Positions 39,384-51,656 of a stretch of 64,000 bases of DNA are shown here, piece after piece. The position numbers were made by a program, and so were the translations under genes. Location: the NCBI GenBank assembly GCA_965113315.1, contig OZ220364.1, one strand, 5' to 3'. This DNA is from Podarcis vaucheri (taxonomy: Eukaryota). Position 1 is the stretch's first letter, and each line of letters starts with the position of its first letter. The notes under the pieces are model-generated. The model was not told where the DNA came from. It was given only the letters and a program-made list of their open reading frames with translations, and did no database searches.

Positions 39384-41008
39384 ACAGACACCCCGACTCT
39401 TACACGGGAAGACACCCGAAGACACCAAAACCATATATATATATATATATATGGCATACTTTTTGCAATTTAACAGTTGACAGCAATATTTATAAGCCAG
39501 TGTGACCGTCTAGGGTTCACTTTGCTCTGGAGTTTTCATAAAGCAAGCCTTGTCATTGGCTATTTCATTAACTAAAAAGCCATTGCTATGGCAAAGAACA
39601 TGATTCTATTGCGTATCAGGAGTGAGTCAGTCCTATTTACTTTGAAATCCAAGTGAGATGCTGAGATGGCAGTGAAATGAGGCGGGGGTGTATGCCGAAA
39701 CTGAACTGAACAGAAAGGTTTATTTATGCAGGGGTTTTGTTGTTTAATCAGTACCAAGATATAAAAATAGAAGAAGAAAGAAACTGCTGCTTTAGATCCT
39801 TCCGCTCATTAGGATAAATCACTATGTTTAAAGCGGGGGGCGGGGGATCACTTTTAATAGAAGCTCCATGATAACTCTTCGCAAAGCCTTAATATTTCAG
39901 CCGATGATGATTCTGGGGAGAAATTACAGGCTTGGAATGGACACTGGGTCAGTGCAAAGAAAAAGTAACATGGTGACGTAACAGAGGGCAGATTTTCTAC
40001 AGTGGTCCTCTCTCATTTACTAAGCTGATGTAAACATAAAGTCAGAGTGCGATCTGCTAGTTGCCTAAACAGGAGTTAAGCCTGTTGATAATCTCTTCAC
40101 AACTGTAGGTAAAGAGTACTTCAAAATCTGGGGTTGCACACCAGGAATGGCAAGGACGTTCAAGAGAATGCCCAGTGGCTGGGTGTGTGCTTGGCATCTC
40201 CAATGCAGAATACACTGCTCTTTTCCTCCTTGCTTCTTTCCTTACTTCTTCCCTCCCTCCCTCCCTCCTTAACACCTTCACTATTTCGCCATTCATCCCC
40301 AGGGCACACACTTCTGCCCTCTCCCTAGAAACTCTACCTGTCCTCTTAATTTTTTTATGCACACATTACCTATTCTGCACTCTTATACCTTAATCCACAG
40401 CCACTTTCCAAAGGAGCTTTAGGAAGAAGCCTGACAAGTGTTTGAGCCCCAGTCTGAAAGGTGGCTCTGAGAGGGAAAGGGAACAAAAGCATAGCAGTGT
40501 CAGTTCGCCTGTTTTTACAGGCCTGGCTCAGATGGACTTTTACATCTCTTCTGTGCAAAAAAAGGATCCATTTTATTTCCTGCTGGCCTGAAAAGGTGTC
40601 GCAATACATGGCAATGCTGCTTTTGTTTTTAATGCTCTGAGTAACAAAGATGCTTCCGCCTCTTCTCTAACACAAAGTATCTTACTAACACTGTGATTAG
40701 GATCCAAGGATTGTTTTTCCAGACTGCTCAGGAACCTGGAATGCTAACCTTCTATTGTGAAAAGACCCTTAATAGGTGTCAATGCGAAAGAGGCACAGGT
40801 GTATTTTAAACTCATTTGTGGGGTCAAGACAGGAATAACTGTCAGCTGCATCTTTCCTCTGCATATACTGGCTTGAAAAAGTGGGTGAATTTGAAGGAAA
40901 CTTTTTGTTTGCCAAGGTGATTTGTAAGCACAGGTACCTATTTGTCTTCCAAGTAACGTGGATTATAAAACCTATATTGTATTTTCCTTCCTTTTAGAAA
41001 GCAAAAAC

Positions 41009-41237
41009 ATGGCAACAAAGGAGAAACTGCAGTGTCTAAAAGATTTCCACAAGGACATTCTCAAACCTTCCCCTGGCAAGAGCCCTGGGACACGCCCTGA
41101 GGATGAGGCAGAGGGGAAGCCACCACAGCGTGAAAAGTGGGCCAGCAAGATTGACTTTCTGTTGTCTGTGGCTGGAGGATTTATTGGATTAGGCAATGTT
41201 TGGCGATTTCCGTATCTCTGCTACAAAAATGGCGGAG
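41009..41237 (+). CDS. SLC6A6: SLC6A6 coding exon 1 (codons 1-77); exon starts at 40998 with 11 nt of 5'UTR
   Basis: Acceptor ttttccttccttttag|aaagcaaaaacATGg (strong Kozak), donor GGAG|gtgagt; 229 coding nt, MATKEKLQ...CYKNGG. Confidence 0.98.
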
Positions 41238-41883
41238 GTGAGTATTGCTGTCGCTTCAATAATGGTTTGGGATGTGGATAGCAGCTCCCTTTCATGTGAA
41301 TGGGTATGTGGGAAAGCAGGGCTGCTCTGAAGATGAATGAGATCAAGATTTAAAAACAACCGGAAGTGCTATTGGACTAATAGCTACTTCTCAGCTTTTT
41401 TTTTTATTTATTTTTTTGGCAAAGGGGAAATTTGATTCATATTAACGAAAGCCAGTCACATATTTCCGGTATGCATTTCACTGCATTTAATTTGCTTTTT
41501 AAAAACTCTTACAGCTGTTACATGCAGTACACTTTGTAAACAGCAGGTCATTAAATTCTGAGACATTGTAAAACAAGAAAACAATTGCCTTGAGATTTTA
41601 CCTAATCTTCCAGTATGCAATGAAAGGAAACCATTCTGTTGCACATTTTCTTTCACATTGTTCCCCATTTCTTAATCTGAAAATAACAGGGCATTTGTGT
41701 AACATATTTAAAGTCTGATTATTAATCTTTGCTCTTAAGTGGCAATTTCAGAACATGCTAACAAGGGCATGGGCCAGATTTCAGAGTGATACTTAAATAC
41801 CAGCATCAGCTGCTACTCCATTAAGAAAATAAATCATTGAGTCATAGAATCTTCCTAATCTTCCTTCTGTGTTTTCTCTACAG

Positions 41884-42018
41884 GTGCATTTCTCATACCT
41901 TATTTCATTTTTCTGTTTGGGGGAGGTCTTCCTGTGTTTTTCCTGGAGGTGGCACTAGGACAGTATACCTCCGAAGGAGGAATTACATCCTGGGAAAAGA
42001 TCTGCCCTATCTTCACCG
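41884..42018 (+). CDS. SLC6A6: SLC6A6 coding exon 2
   Basis: ctctacag|GTGCATTT...TTCACCG|gttagt; 135 nt; (G)[44 protein letters not shown](G). Confidence 0.97.
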
Positions 42019-43504
42019 GTTAGTTATCTGCCTAATTCATGTTAAATATATATATATGTACATGCACACATCTAAGTTAGTTCCCAAAATTCTGTGACAT
42101 TCTTCCTTCACCTTGCAGCTATGCAAAGGAAGGGGTGAGTCTATGCAGAGGCATGGCTCCCTGTGACTGGGGTCAGCAGGGCAGGAAACAGGTTTTATCC
42201 TTAACTTTGCTGGTGACTTTGATTTTATTTAATTCCCATCCTTTCCTTTTAGTTTTTTCCCATCCAGCTGAATGGTTGTCACACACCTCTCTGGGGAAAA
42301 GTTAAACAGTACTGGTCTTGGAGACATTTTTGCACTGAGGGCAAAACCTGCTTGCCATACCTGGCAGGAATTCCACAGCAGGATGCAAGGCCCAGCTTGA
42401 GAATGACCTACTGTGCCAGAGTGTCCAGAACAGTGAGGACTTGAAACTGCCTCTGTGGGCAGTTCCCTCTGACATCTCCTCCACATCCACAGTGTTGCCT
42501 TCTGAGGAGGAGGAGATAGACCCTGAAAAAGGGGGCAGTGGAGTGCTAAAAATTTAGTCACAGAAGTACAAAAAGCTTTTTCTCCCACCTCCCCTCCAGC
42601 TCCGAGCTATTGGAGGTGGTCTTGTTTCCTGCCCTCCCTTCCACCTCCAAGTTTAGAACTAGAACGCGGAGCAAATTTTCCCCTGACCTTGTATTGTGTT
42701 TGAAACATAACTTTAGCTTGTTAGGGGTGAATCCTTGTGAGAACAAAATTTTGGTTGGCCTCTGCTAATGCAACTTTTCTATTTAAAAAATATAAGAGCA
42801 GTATTGAAATTGATGTGTTCCTGATAGAAGGTTTAGGATCTACTAATATTTCAATTAGTAGACTTCAGAATACATGAAACTCTCTGGAACAACTTCTCTG
42901 AGATTTCTGATCTTTAATGACTATGAAATGCTTTACTATGGGTATTTGCATCAGGAGAATGTGGAATGGCTCCCATCATCCAAGAAAGCTCAATATTTAA
43001 TAAGGAGCTGGTGTGTTCACAGGCCATTAAGTTGTTCCAGGGCAGTTTGGTGTTTTGTAAGATGATTGCCAGTTTATACCGGTTCTGTGTCTCCCAAAGT
43101 ACTTACTTAGAAGGAAGTTCCATTGAGATCAATAGGACTTCTTGCCAAGTGTATGGGGCCTGGATTGGAATTTATAGCTAAAGGTTTGCCAATTTGCACT
43201 TCATTAGCTGTGTGCATGCCATTTGGAACAGCAAAGGACATGACCTTATCTGCTAGTGACCCTGTGCTTGCAAAGCAAACAGGGCAGTATTTTTTTGTTG
43301 TCAAGCATTGATATGCAAGTTAAACATTTATTTTATAAATAGCAGGCATGATACCTTTGGGGGGGGGGGAAGATAGATGTGTACATATATTACAAAATTC
43401 AGTTTGCTGACCTTCTTTTGACCTTGTTTTATTTTGCACAAACATGTTGTCTTTCCTTCCCAGAATATTGTTACTACTGTTGCTATAACCAATGTTTTAT
43501 GACT

Positions 43505-43595
43505 GTGTGACCCTATGCATTCTTATGTAAGAGTAAGCCTCACTGAATTCAATGGCGTTTATTTCTGAGTAGATATGTATAAAATTGCACTGTAA
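43505..43595. repeat. Old ~85-bp palindromic interspersed repeat; further copies at ~970, 23870, 29850, 38495, 54965, 55140 and 62910
   Basis: Consensus-like GCAATCCTATGCA...AGTAAG.CCCACTGAATTCAATGGGACTTACT...ATAGGATTGCA. Confidence 0.6.
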
Positions 43596-44745
43596 AGTTG
43601 GAGTCCTATTCACACTTTTCCTGGGAACAAGCCTTGCTGTACACAGGCAGAACACAGTGGGACTTAATTTTGAGTATACCTTCCTCTAGTTGTGCTATAC
43701 ATTGTAGTCAGAGGTATAAGTAGAATAATACTGTTTACAACTGCATTGCAGAGAAAGTGCATTTCACTGAATTCTGTTCCATACGTAATGATTGTCACCC
43801 TAAGTTAGGCCAACACTTCCATTGCCCACTGTCTGCATTTGACATTGACTCAGGGAGACTCATAAGCAGATTGGATTGAGAGAACCATCTCCTGTGATTT
43901 AGCTTTGGCTCCTGATACTCAGAAATATGTTTAAAGCTTTCATAGTGGCTTCATAATACAAGCCAGGATTGAAAGAACTACTTCAAACTGTTTCCTTGGG
44001 TGTGCTGTTCCCCAGTGGGATTTTTTTCTTTGAAGAGCAGAACATCTCCCCTCCAATACTTCATCACAAAGTGCTTTTGAAATTCTCCTTTATTTCAAAA
44101 GCATATTGGTATGTAGCATGGAGAAACACAAGGCAATTTTTACCTTGTGCACATGGAATAATTATTCTCTTCCAACAAATACCTGCTTTAAATTGGGACT
44201 CCTTCCTAGTCTGCATTCGTTTTAGATGTTTTCTTGTTTGTATGCTTGCCGCCCTTGGCTCCTTTGGGAGGCGGGGAGGGAAACTACTACTACTATTGCT
44301 AGTAGGTATAGTCCACCAGGACACAAGCCACAGAGCCATAGGTACTGCATCATGTCCTTAGGTTTCCATTTTTATTTAGATAGCCCTTTGGCCCATAACT
44401 TGTAATTTTGTTGAGACAAAATGAGGTTTTAGCTAGTTGTTTTTATTGATGCCTTGTCTGCTTTTCTTTTCTTTGTATTTTATTGTTCTTTTGTTGTATT
44501 GTTTTTAATTACTGTTAGCTGCTTTGAGTACCATTTGGGGGAAATGTAGACTACAAACCTAACAAGAAATGAATTGTGCCTCATTTACATGGCCGTTTCC
44601 TTCTGCTCAAGTGTTGTAGTTTCAGTGGTTTTGTTGATATTAAGAAGGGTGTTCCTAAATATTAACAGTGCAATCATTTGTATGTCTACTGAGAAGAAAG
44701 GCACATTGAATTCAATGAGACTTATTTCCAGGTAAGTGTGCACAA

Positions 44746-44877
44746 CAGCGGTGGGCAACTTGTGGCCCTCCAGATCTTGCTGGACTACATCAGCCCTAAG
44801 CATTGGCCAATTTATGATGGGACTGATGAGAGATGACGTTCAAAAGCATTCAGAGAGCCACAGGTTACCCTTCCATA
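44746..44877. mobile_element. Degraded hAT (URR1-like) MITE
   Basis: CAGCGGTGGGCAACTTGTGGCCCTCCAGAT...GGACTACA...GAGCCACAGGTTACCC. Confidence 0.5.
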
Positions 44878-45224
44878 GTTCATATGTTTGCAGTCCAAAT
44901 GTGATAGCCATTGCTTGCATACCTTTGCAACCTCACAACTGTGTTTTAGGAGGAACTACTACTCCTTACTGAATTCTCTGGAAACATGGGTGCAACTGGT
45001 GAAAGAGGGCCTTGATACCTTATCTGAGTCTTGAAATTATGCATCTCCGCTTAATGTAGTAGATATATGATGTTGAACTGTTGCCTTTGTAACCCTAGAC
45101 ATAGAGATTCCTAAACTAGTGAATATTACATATTCACCTGTAATACCAACAAGCCTTACTTATGTGTGTAATTTCATATGTTCTTTTCTTCTGCTTTCTT
45201 TCTTTCCTTTTTAAAAAAAATCAG

Positions 45225-45459
45225 GAATAGGTTATGCTTCCATAGTGATCGTGTCGCTTTTGAATGTGTATTACATCATCATCCTGGCTTGGGGACTGTA
45301 CTATCTATTCCACTCTTTTACGAGTAAGCTGCCTTGGGCTTTCTGCGACCAAGAGTGGAACACAAAAAACTGCATAGAAGACACTCTCAGGCAGAACAAA
45401 ACCCTCTGGTTGTCACTGAATACCACTAACTTCACTTCTCCTGTGACAGAGTTTTGGGA
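45225..45459 (+). CDS. SLC6A6: SLC6A6 coding exon 3 (TM3, EL2)
   Basis: tcag|GAATAGGT...TGGGA|gtaagc; 235 nt; [23 protein letters not shown]...[10 protein letters not shown]...[10 protein letters not shown]. Confidence 0.97.
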
Positions 45460-47683
45460 GTAAGCAATTTTAATTGTTGCTCTTTGGGGAACTTTACAAA
45501 AGACATAGAACATAGAGTAAAATGGGGACTGACTAAAATTGTAAGGTGAAGTATGGGGTGTTACCTACTTCTGTAGGAGTTTTGGATTATTATTACGAAT
45601 TTTTTATTGTTACGAATTTAAATTATTGTCGTCTTATGATATTTGGGTCATGTTTTAACATCTCTGTTTACTGTTCTGGATTCTGCAAGGAGGAAGGGCA
45701 GAGTATAAGAATAATAAAAGAATGTCAGGTTATAGAGTCACAGAGACAATGCAGACACCTGATATTCCTGTTTTGATTATGATTATGTGATTTAGCCCTA
45801 TTCAAATAAAATTTCAAGTTGACTCTGTGAATGATGGCCTTGATTCACCATGCATTTTATACAGATATTTAACTTAATCATTGCACAAGTAATGTCATCT
45901 ATGTGGGAGGTATTTGTTAACTTATTGCACAGAAAAGCCTTAACAAAGAACTTTGCATTTTACATTAATTTTAAAAAATAACTTTTTATTGGGGCTTTTT
46001 TTTTGCATCTTACATTAATGATAAACGTTCAGTAATCTTATAACTACCATATGTTATATGTATTAACAGATTGAGGTCAGCTGCATTGCCCTGAGCTAGC
46101 TAATAAGTTACATAACTCAGAATAATGTATGTTGCCTTGTAAATATGTAAACCTCTTTATCATGTGTTAATTCACTTAAGTTTGGTACATTCAGAAGACA
46201 ACAGTCCTACTGTGAATTAAATAATCCTTAGGAGCTGTTACAGTGCCTGAATTATGAAGCCTAGTGCTCTTTATCAGGTGGAATGTTTCCTGAAATCTTT
46301 ATCAGTTGTACTTGCTGAACACTAAACTTCTCAGGCATGGTTGACTTTATTGAAATGTTCACCTTTGTATGCTAAGTGACATCTTCCTCTTAGCAGTGCT
46401 GCTGATTGTGCATTGGAGGCCATCATTATATCTTATTTGAGCTAATGGTCTGTGTAAATCTCATGCTTGTTTGAGCAGCAGTCATAGGGGATAAGCAAAT
46501 CTGGCTTCATTTCCAGAGTCTTACCTCTTGGGATTACATCACATGCTTTGATTTCTTAGTTGTGAAGATTTTATTTCATAGTATATGGTTGCAAACATAA
46601 TGAAACAGTAAGAAGCAGGGGGCAATTACCAGTAAACAAGAACTTTGATTGTTCCCAGCTACCAACCCAAAGCTTATAAGTGCTTAGGACTCAGCAGGCT
46701 TGGTTCATGTGAAATCTCAGGAAGCTGATCACATGCTTCAGGCATGCAAATCTAATAAGAGCTGAATAAAACAAAGCAAAATCCGCTTTTGGCTCATGTA
46801 CACTTGATGCTAGCCATAAATCTAGCAAACTGTTTTTGCTCTTTTCCTTCTTATGAGTGAGATCCTTGGGAACAGCTAGTTTATTATCCTCCATTTCTAT
46901 TTTAAACAGTTCTTCATCTTAGCTGAAAGGGGACACGCTTCAGAAGTTACACAACTCCCCTAGTTCTGTGTTTTGTTTACTTATTAAAATGGATGTCTGT
47001 GTGATTATAGTGCTGTGATAGAAGCAGGTTGCTATCCTGTTCCCTTACCCCCCCCTTAACTAAATTTATCTAAAGTAATGATGATTGATTTGTTTACAAT
47101 TTAAGGCAATATATAACAAAGTTGGAGAGGTTTGTGTATTTATACCTTTCCTGCACAACAGAAATTACTAGTTATGAGTAGAAATACTAAGAAGTTGTAA
47201 AGGTGGGTTTGTGGGTTGATTTTTTTATTTTAAAAAATCACTTCTTTTCAGTAGTTTTAGAGTAGCCCCATCAGATTCAAAGAGCATGCGCACGTGTACA
47301 TGGCACCAAACCACGAAGTGACCAGAAAATGTCACAAAAGGGGCAGAATGGAATACTTTACATGGGCCCCGCCGACATGCTCAGGAGTCCAGAATGTAAC
47401 CCCTGTGCAAAGCAAGGATTGCCTGTAGACAAATGGATTCAGTTCCAAGTATTCCAGAGTGAACAGAATAGTTTTAACAAGCTGAGGGATAATTATCACT
47501 CCCAGCTCTTTGGAAGACTACAAATAGAACAACGGGCCTTTCCCATGTGTCCAGTTAATCTGTTTAGGCAACATGGGAAGTAGCATCATTCTGCTTTTAA
47601 AGACTGGTTCTTGTGAAGCAGCTGTTCAGTTTGTTTTATCATAACTTTTGTCTCATTTCTTTCCTTTTTTTTAATCCTTTAAG

Positions 47684-47816
47684 GCACAACGTATTGAGCT
47701 TGTCTTCAGGAATTGATGAGCCTGGTGTTGTCAAGTGGGACCTGGCACTATGTCTCCTCCTTGTCTGGGTGATATGTTTCTTTTGCATTTGGAAAGGTGT
47801 AAAGTCCACTGGGAAA
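47684..47816 (+). CDS. SLC6A6: SLC6A6 coding exon 4
   Basis: cctttaag|GCACAAC...GGGAAA|gtaagt; 133 nt; [44 protein letters not shown]. Confidence 0.97.
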
Positions 47817-48349
47817 GTAAGTGCTCTCAGCCTCTCCCTTTGCAATTATAACTGCCTTGTTTCTTGGAGCGCTGGTATTGGCAACTCCAAAAAAATAAAT
47901 ATAAAAAATGTTCTCTTTGGATCCAAGTTCCTCTCAGTCCCACAGTGCATCTCAAACTGGGGGGAAACTTGAACAAACTTCCAAGCTTGCTCAATCTTCC
48001 CCCCACTTTTTGCTCCATGGTTTCCAATAGAGGGAAAATGAGGTGTTAAAAAGGCCAGATAAATTCAAAACATTACTCTGCCTTAACTTCCGTTCGATAC
48101 CAGCAGAGCATAATCTGCCTTTGAATTCCACCCTCTTTTACACACATACACATTAGGATTATAGCCAAAGTGTTTAAATAGGTTCAGAAATTAGTTTTAT
48201 GCAGTGGTTTTACGCACTCTCCACATCATTTTGGGCTTAAAATGATTGAATTGACTTCTTAGCAAAGGCTAGGTTCCCAATGTTATTTTGAACCTTTCCT
48301 AGAATCATAGAATTGTAGAGTTGGAAGGGACCTTGAGGGTCATCTAGTC

Positions 48350-48671
48350 CAGGGGTCAGCAAACTTTTTCAACAGGGGGCTGGCCCACTGTCCCTCAGAC
48401 CTTGTGGGGGGCCGGACTATATTTTTTTGGGGGGGAAATCACCAAATTCCTATGCCCCACAAATAACCCAGATATACATTTTAATAAAAGCACACATTCT
48501 ACTCATGTAAAAACACCAGGCAGGCACCACGAATAACCCAGGGATGCATTTTAAATAAAAGGACACATTCTACTCATGTAAAAACACACTGATTCCCAGA
48601 CTGTCCATTGGCCAGATTTAGAAGGCTATTGGGCTGCATCTGGCCCCCACGCCTTAGTTTGCCTGGCCATG
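48350..48671. mobile_element. Non-autonomous hAT element, same family as 33576-33824 in the opposite orientation, nested in a CR1 3' fragment
   Basis: 8-bp TSD ATCTAGTC; internal ~65-bp duplication; interrupts AGAATCATAGAATTGTAGAGTTGGAAGGGACC...TCATCTAGTCCAACCCCTGC (48301-48700). Confidence 0.9.
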
Positions 48672-49208
48672 ATCTAGTCCAACCCCTGCAATGCAGGATT
48701 CACAACGTGGCTGAAGCCATACCGAGCCCTGCAAATATGCTAGCAGTTTTATTACTGCACCTCAACATATTCCTTGTTTATCCAAGGATGGAGGATGCAT
48801 TTATTTATTACGTTGTTTCCTCTGTGAACTCTTTGGCTAGACCCACTGAAAACTTGGAAGAAACTCAGAGTGAGTTCAGAAACTCTCATAACATCTGGCT
48901 TCTGCTTTTTAGTTGTTTTTTAGGTCATAGCTGTTGAACATCCTTAGATTTTTTTATTTTTCTTTGAATTGATGAACAGGCCTTTTTGATTTTCCACATT
49001 TGTCACAGTGTACTTCTGGAAGATAATTCCTTGCCCAACGATAATAATTAGATAGCAGTCAGGTCTCCTTTCATTTTAAACATATGTAAAAAGAAAAAAG
49101 TACATAAGTTTGAATGTCCAACCAACCTCTTTTATTTTTTAAAAAATCCAAAAAGCAATTTGCATAGCTCAGTGTTTGTTCTGGCTGAAAATATTTCTCT
49201 TACAATTA

Positions 49209-49761
49209 CCATATTTTTCGCCCCATAGGACGCACCTAGTTTTTTTTTTGGGGGGGGGGGAATAAAGAAAAAAAAATTATTCCCCCCCCCAGCCCCCAGA
49301 ACAGGCAGCTCTCCGCAAGCCTTGGGAGACCGGCGCGACTTCCCGCCAGGCTCCCACGGCTTGCGGATATCTGCCTGAAGCCCAAACCAGGTTGGGGAAC
49401 AGCTGGATGGCGGCGCTCCGCCTCCCCACTGTCCCCGGAGCTTATGGGGCTGGCAGCAGGGAGAAGCACTCTTATCCCCACTGCCAGCCTCCAAACTAGG
49501 TCGGGGAACCGAAACCCAAGGTGCGCTGTGCAGCGAGCCCCGAGCTTCGGTCTGCAGGCTGCTGCCCGCAAGCCTTGCGAGCCCGTGGAAACTCCCGCCG
49601 GGCTTGCAAGGCTTGCAGATAGCTTCCTGAAGCCTGGAGAGCAAGACCCCTCTCGCTCTCCAGGCTTCAGCGAAAGCCTGCATTCGCCCCATAGCACGCA
49701 CACACATTTCCCCTTCATTTTTGGAGGGGAAAAAGTGCGTCCTATAGGGTGAAAAATACGG
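49209..49761. mobile_element. Tc2/pogo-like mariner non-autonomous element with a GC/CpG-rich interior
   Basis: TIRs CCATATTTTTCGCCCCATAGGACGCAC / GTGCGTCCTATAGGGTGAAAAATACGG, TA TSD. Confidence 0.88.
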
Positions 49762-50063
49762 TAATTCACATTGGCAAAATATGCTAGGTTGGCTTAATTT
49801 GAAATAATTTCTCAGAAACAATCTTGGGGTGAAAAAGCTGGTGAGTTTTGTTTCTTTAAGTCACTTTGAGTCACTTGTGGGTAAAAAGTGACTAATGAAT
49901 GTAGTAATAGTAAGAGTTAAAGTTGTTAATTGTGACGAACAAAAAAAACTGCTTACAAATACTTGTTTAATTTAGAAAAGAAGGGGAAATAACAAAGGCA
50001 AGGATTATATTTAAAAGCAAAACAAAATACTTTTGGAAGAAAAATTACACACAGAGAAATGTA

Positions 50064-50232
50064 CCGTATTTTTTGCACCATAACACTCACTTTTTTCCTC
50101 CTAAAAAGTAAGGGGAAATGTCTGTGTGTGTTATGGAGGGAATGCCTACGGGTGGCATGCCTACAGATTTTCCTCCTCTAAAAACTACGTGCGTGTTATG
50201 GTCGGGTGCGTGTTATAGAGCGAAAAATACGG
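50064..50232. mobile_element. Tc2/pogo-like MITE
   Basis: TIRs CCGTATTTTTTGCACCATAACAC / GTGTTATAGAGCGAAAAATACGG, TA TSD. Confidence 0.85.
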
Positions 50233-51521
50233 TAATTTGCCAAAAGAAAAGCAGGGCATGATATGGATGGGTGTTGCATTTAGAGATCAGACTGGCTGCA
50301 GAAATTATTATGGTGCAACAGGCTTTGATATCTGCCTGTTAAATCTCTCGAGGTTCACTTAAAAGGCAGGAAGATGCATCTCAGGAGCTTTTATCTTGCT
50401 AAACCAATTTCACAAAAACAAAGCTATATTAAAGTAGCAGAGCTGTAATTACTGGGTGGCATCATCTGACCCTATTAGCAGAAGAAAGGAACCAAATAAA
50501 TAAATAAACATAAGTTTGAGGCAGATTTCCAGAAGGCACACATGTACTTTGGGACAATCATTCAGAAGTAAGCAAGGGGTACAATTCAGCTAGGGTAATC
50601 TCTTGTGCATACTGATTTTATACATCACCTTCTGTTTATTCAGTTTGTGTTACAAGACATTCTCAGTTGATCATGCCCAGGTTCATCCTTTTTCTGTGCT
50701 GGATACAATAGGAACAAAGTTAGGTGCCTTTGATACAGTAGTTCTGTATTTACAACACTAACTGGCAGCAACTCTCCAGTATTTGAAGTAGGGGTCCCTC
50801 CCAGTCCTACCTGGAAGTGCTGGGGGTTGAATCTGGGACCTTCTGTGGCAAAAAAAATGTTCACCATTGAGCTATGGCGCTTCAGATCATAAGTAAGGAA
50901 CAGCTCTTTATTGGGTGGGTGGTTGTGATCTACATGGGGTGTCACACATCAGTTCCAGTCTTTAGTGAATCTCCTGATGAAGAGTGTTTAATGATATTAT
51001 AAACACATAAGTTCTATTGAGCATACATACTAGGGAAGGAAGGAACACCTCCAGTACTCAAATTTCATTGCTGTATATGTGATTTCTTTATTTTACTACC
51101 ACATTCTTCATTATTGTGGTGAATGCCACCTGTAGACATCTATATAATGAGAATGAAGTGTGTTGCCTTGTCAGCCTCACTAGTGGTCCAACCAGCACAG
51201 CCAATGGTCAGAGATGATGGTAGTTGGAGAGTACCATGTCGATCACGCCTGACATAGCGGTGACTTGGGGGAACTGGAAACAGAAATGTGACCAGTATTA
51301 AAGTCCGCATTAAAGTCCGATAATGTACTTTCTCTGTCATGATGGATATATGCGCATGCAGTTAAGGGGAAGCTGCTGTGATCCACTGAATAATGAAAGC
51401 TGAGAGCAAACAGGAGGATAAGAATTGAAGATTTTTGTAACCTCAAATACCAGGCGTATACAATTAAAATTCTAGCTTTTTATTATCAAAAAGTGATAAC
51501 ATTTATCATTTTTAATACCAG

Positions 51522-51656
51522 GTTGTGTACATAACAGCAACATTCCCATTCATCATGCTTCTTGTACTGTTAATCCGTGGTGTCACTTTACCTGGAGCTT
51601 CAACGGGCATCAAGTTTTATCTTTACCCTGACATCTCTCGGCTAGCAGATCCACAG
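51522..51656 (+). CDS. SLC6A6: SLC6A6 coding exon 5
   Basis: taccag|GTTGTG...CCACAG|gtgggt; 135 nt; [45 protein letters not shown] (not in the ORF track). Confidence 0.97.

Larger units (their letters stand above)
39171..39432 (-). mobile_element. Truncated Penelope-like element (Poseidon-like) forming a perfect 112-bp inverted repeat, inserted in (AT)n
   Basis: Arms 39206-39317 and 39321-39432 are exact reverse complements with a GAA spacer; unpaired 35-nt tail 39171-39205; (AT)n on both sides. Confidence 0.85.

Noticed and set aside
39206-39432. miRNA precursor or MITE
   Set aside because: Perfect long pairing, hammerhead cores and an asymmetric tail fit a Penelope-like inverted pLTR better
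49132-49821. 229-aa and 177-aa ORFs as a possible transposase or gene
   Set aside because: Cross the TIRs of a GC-rich non-autonomous element; no DDE/HTH motifs
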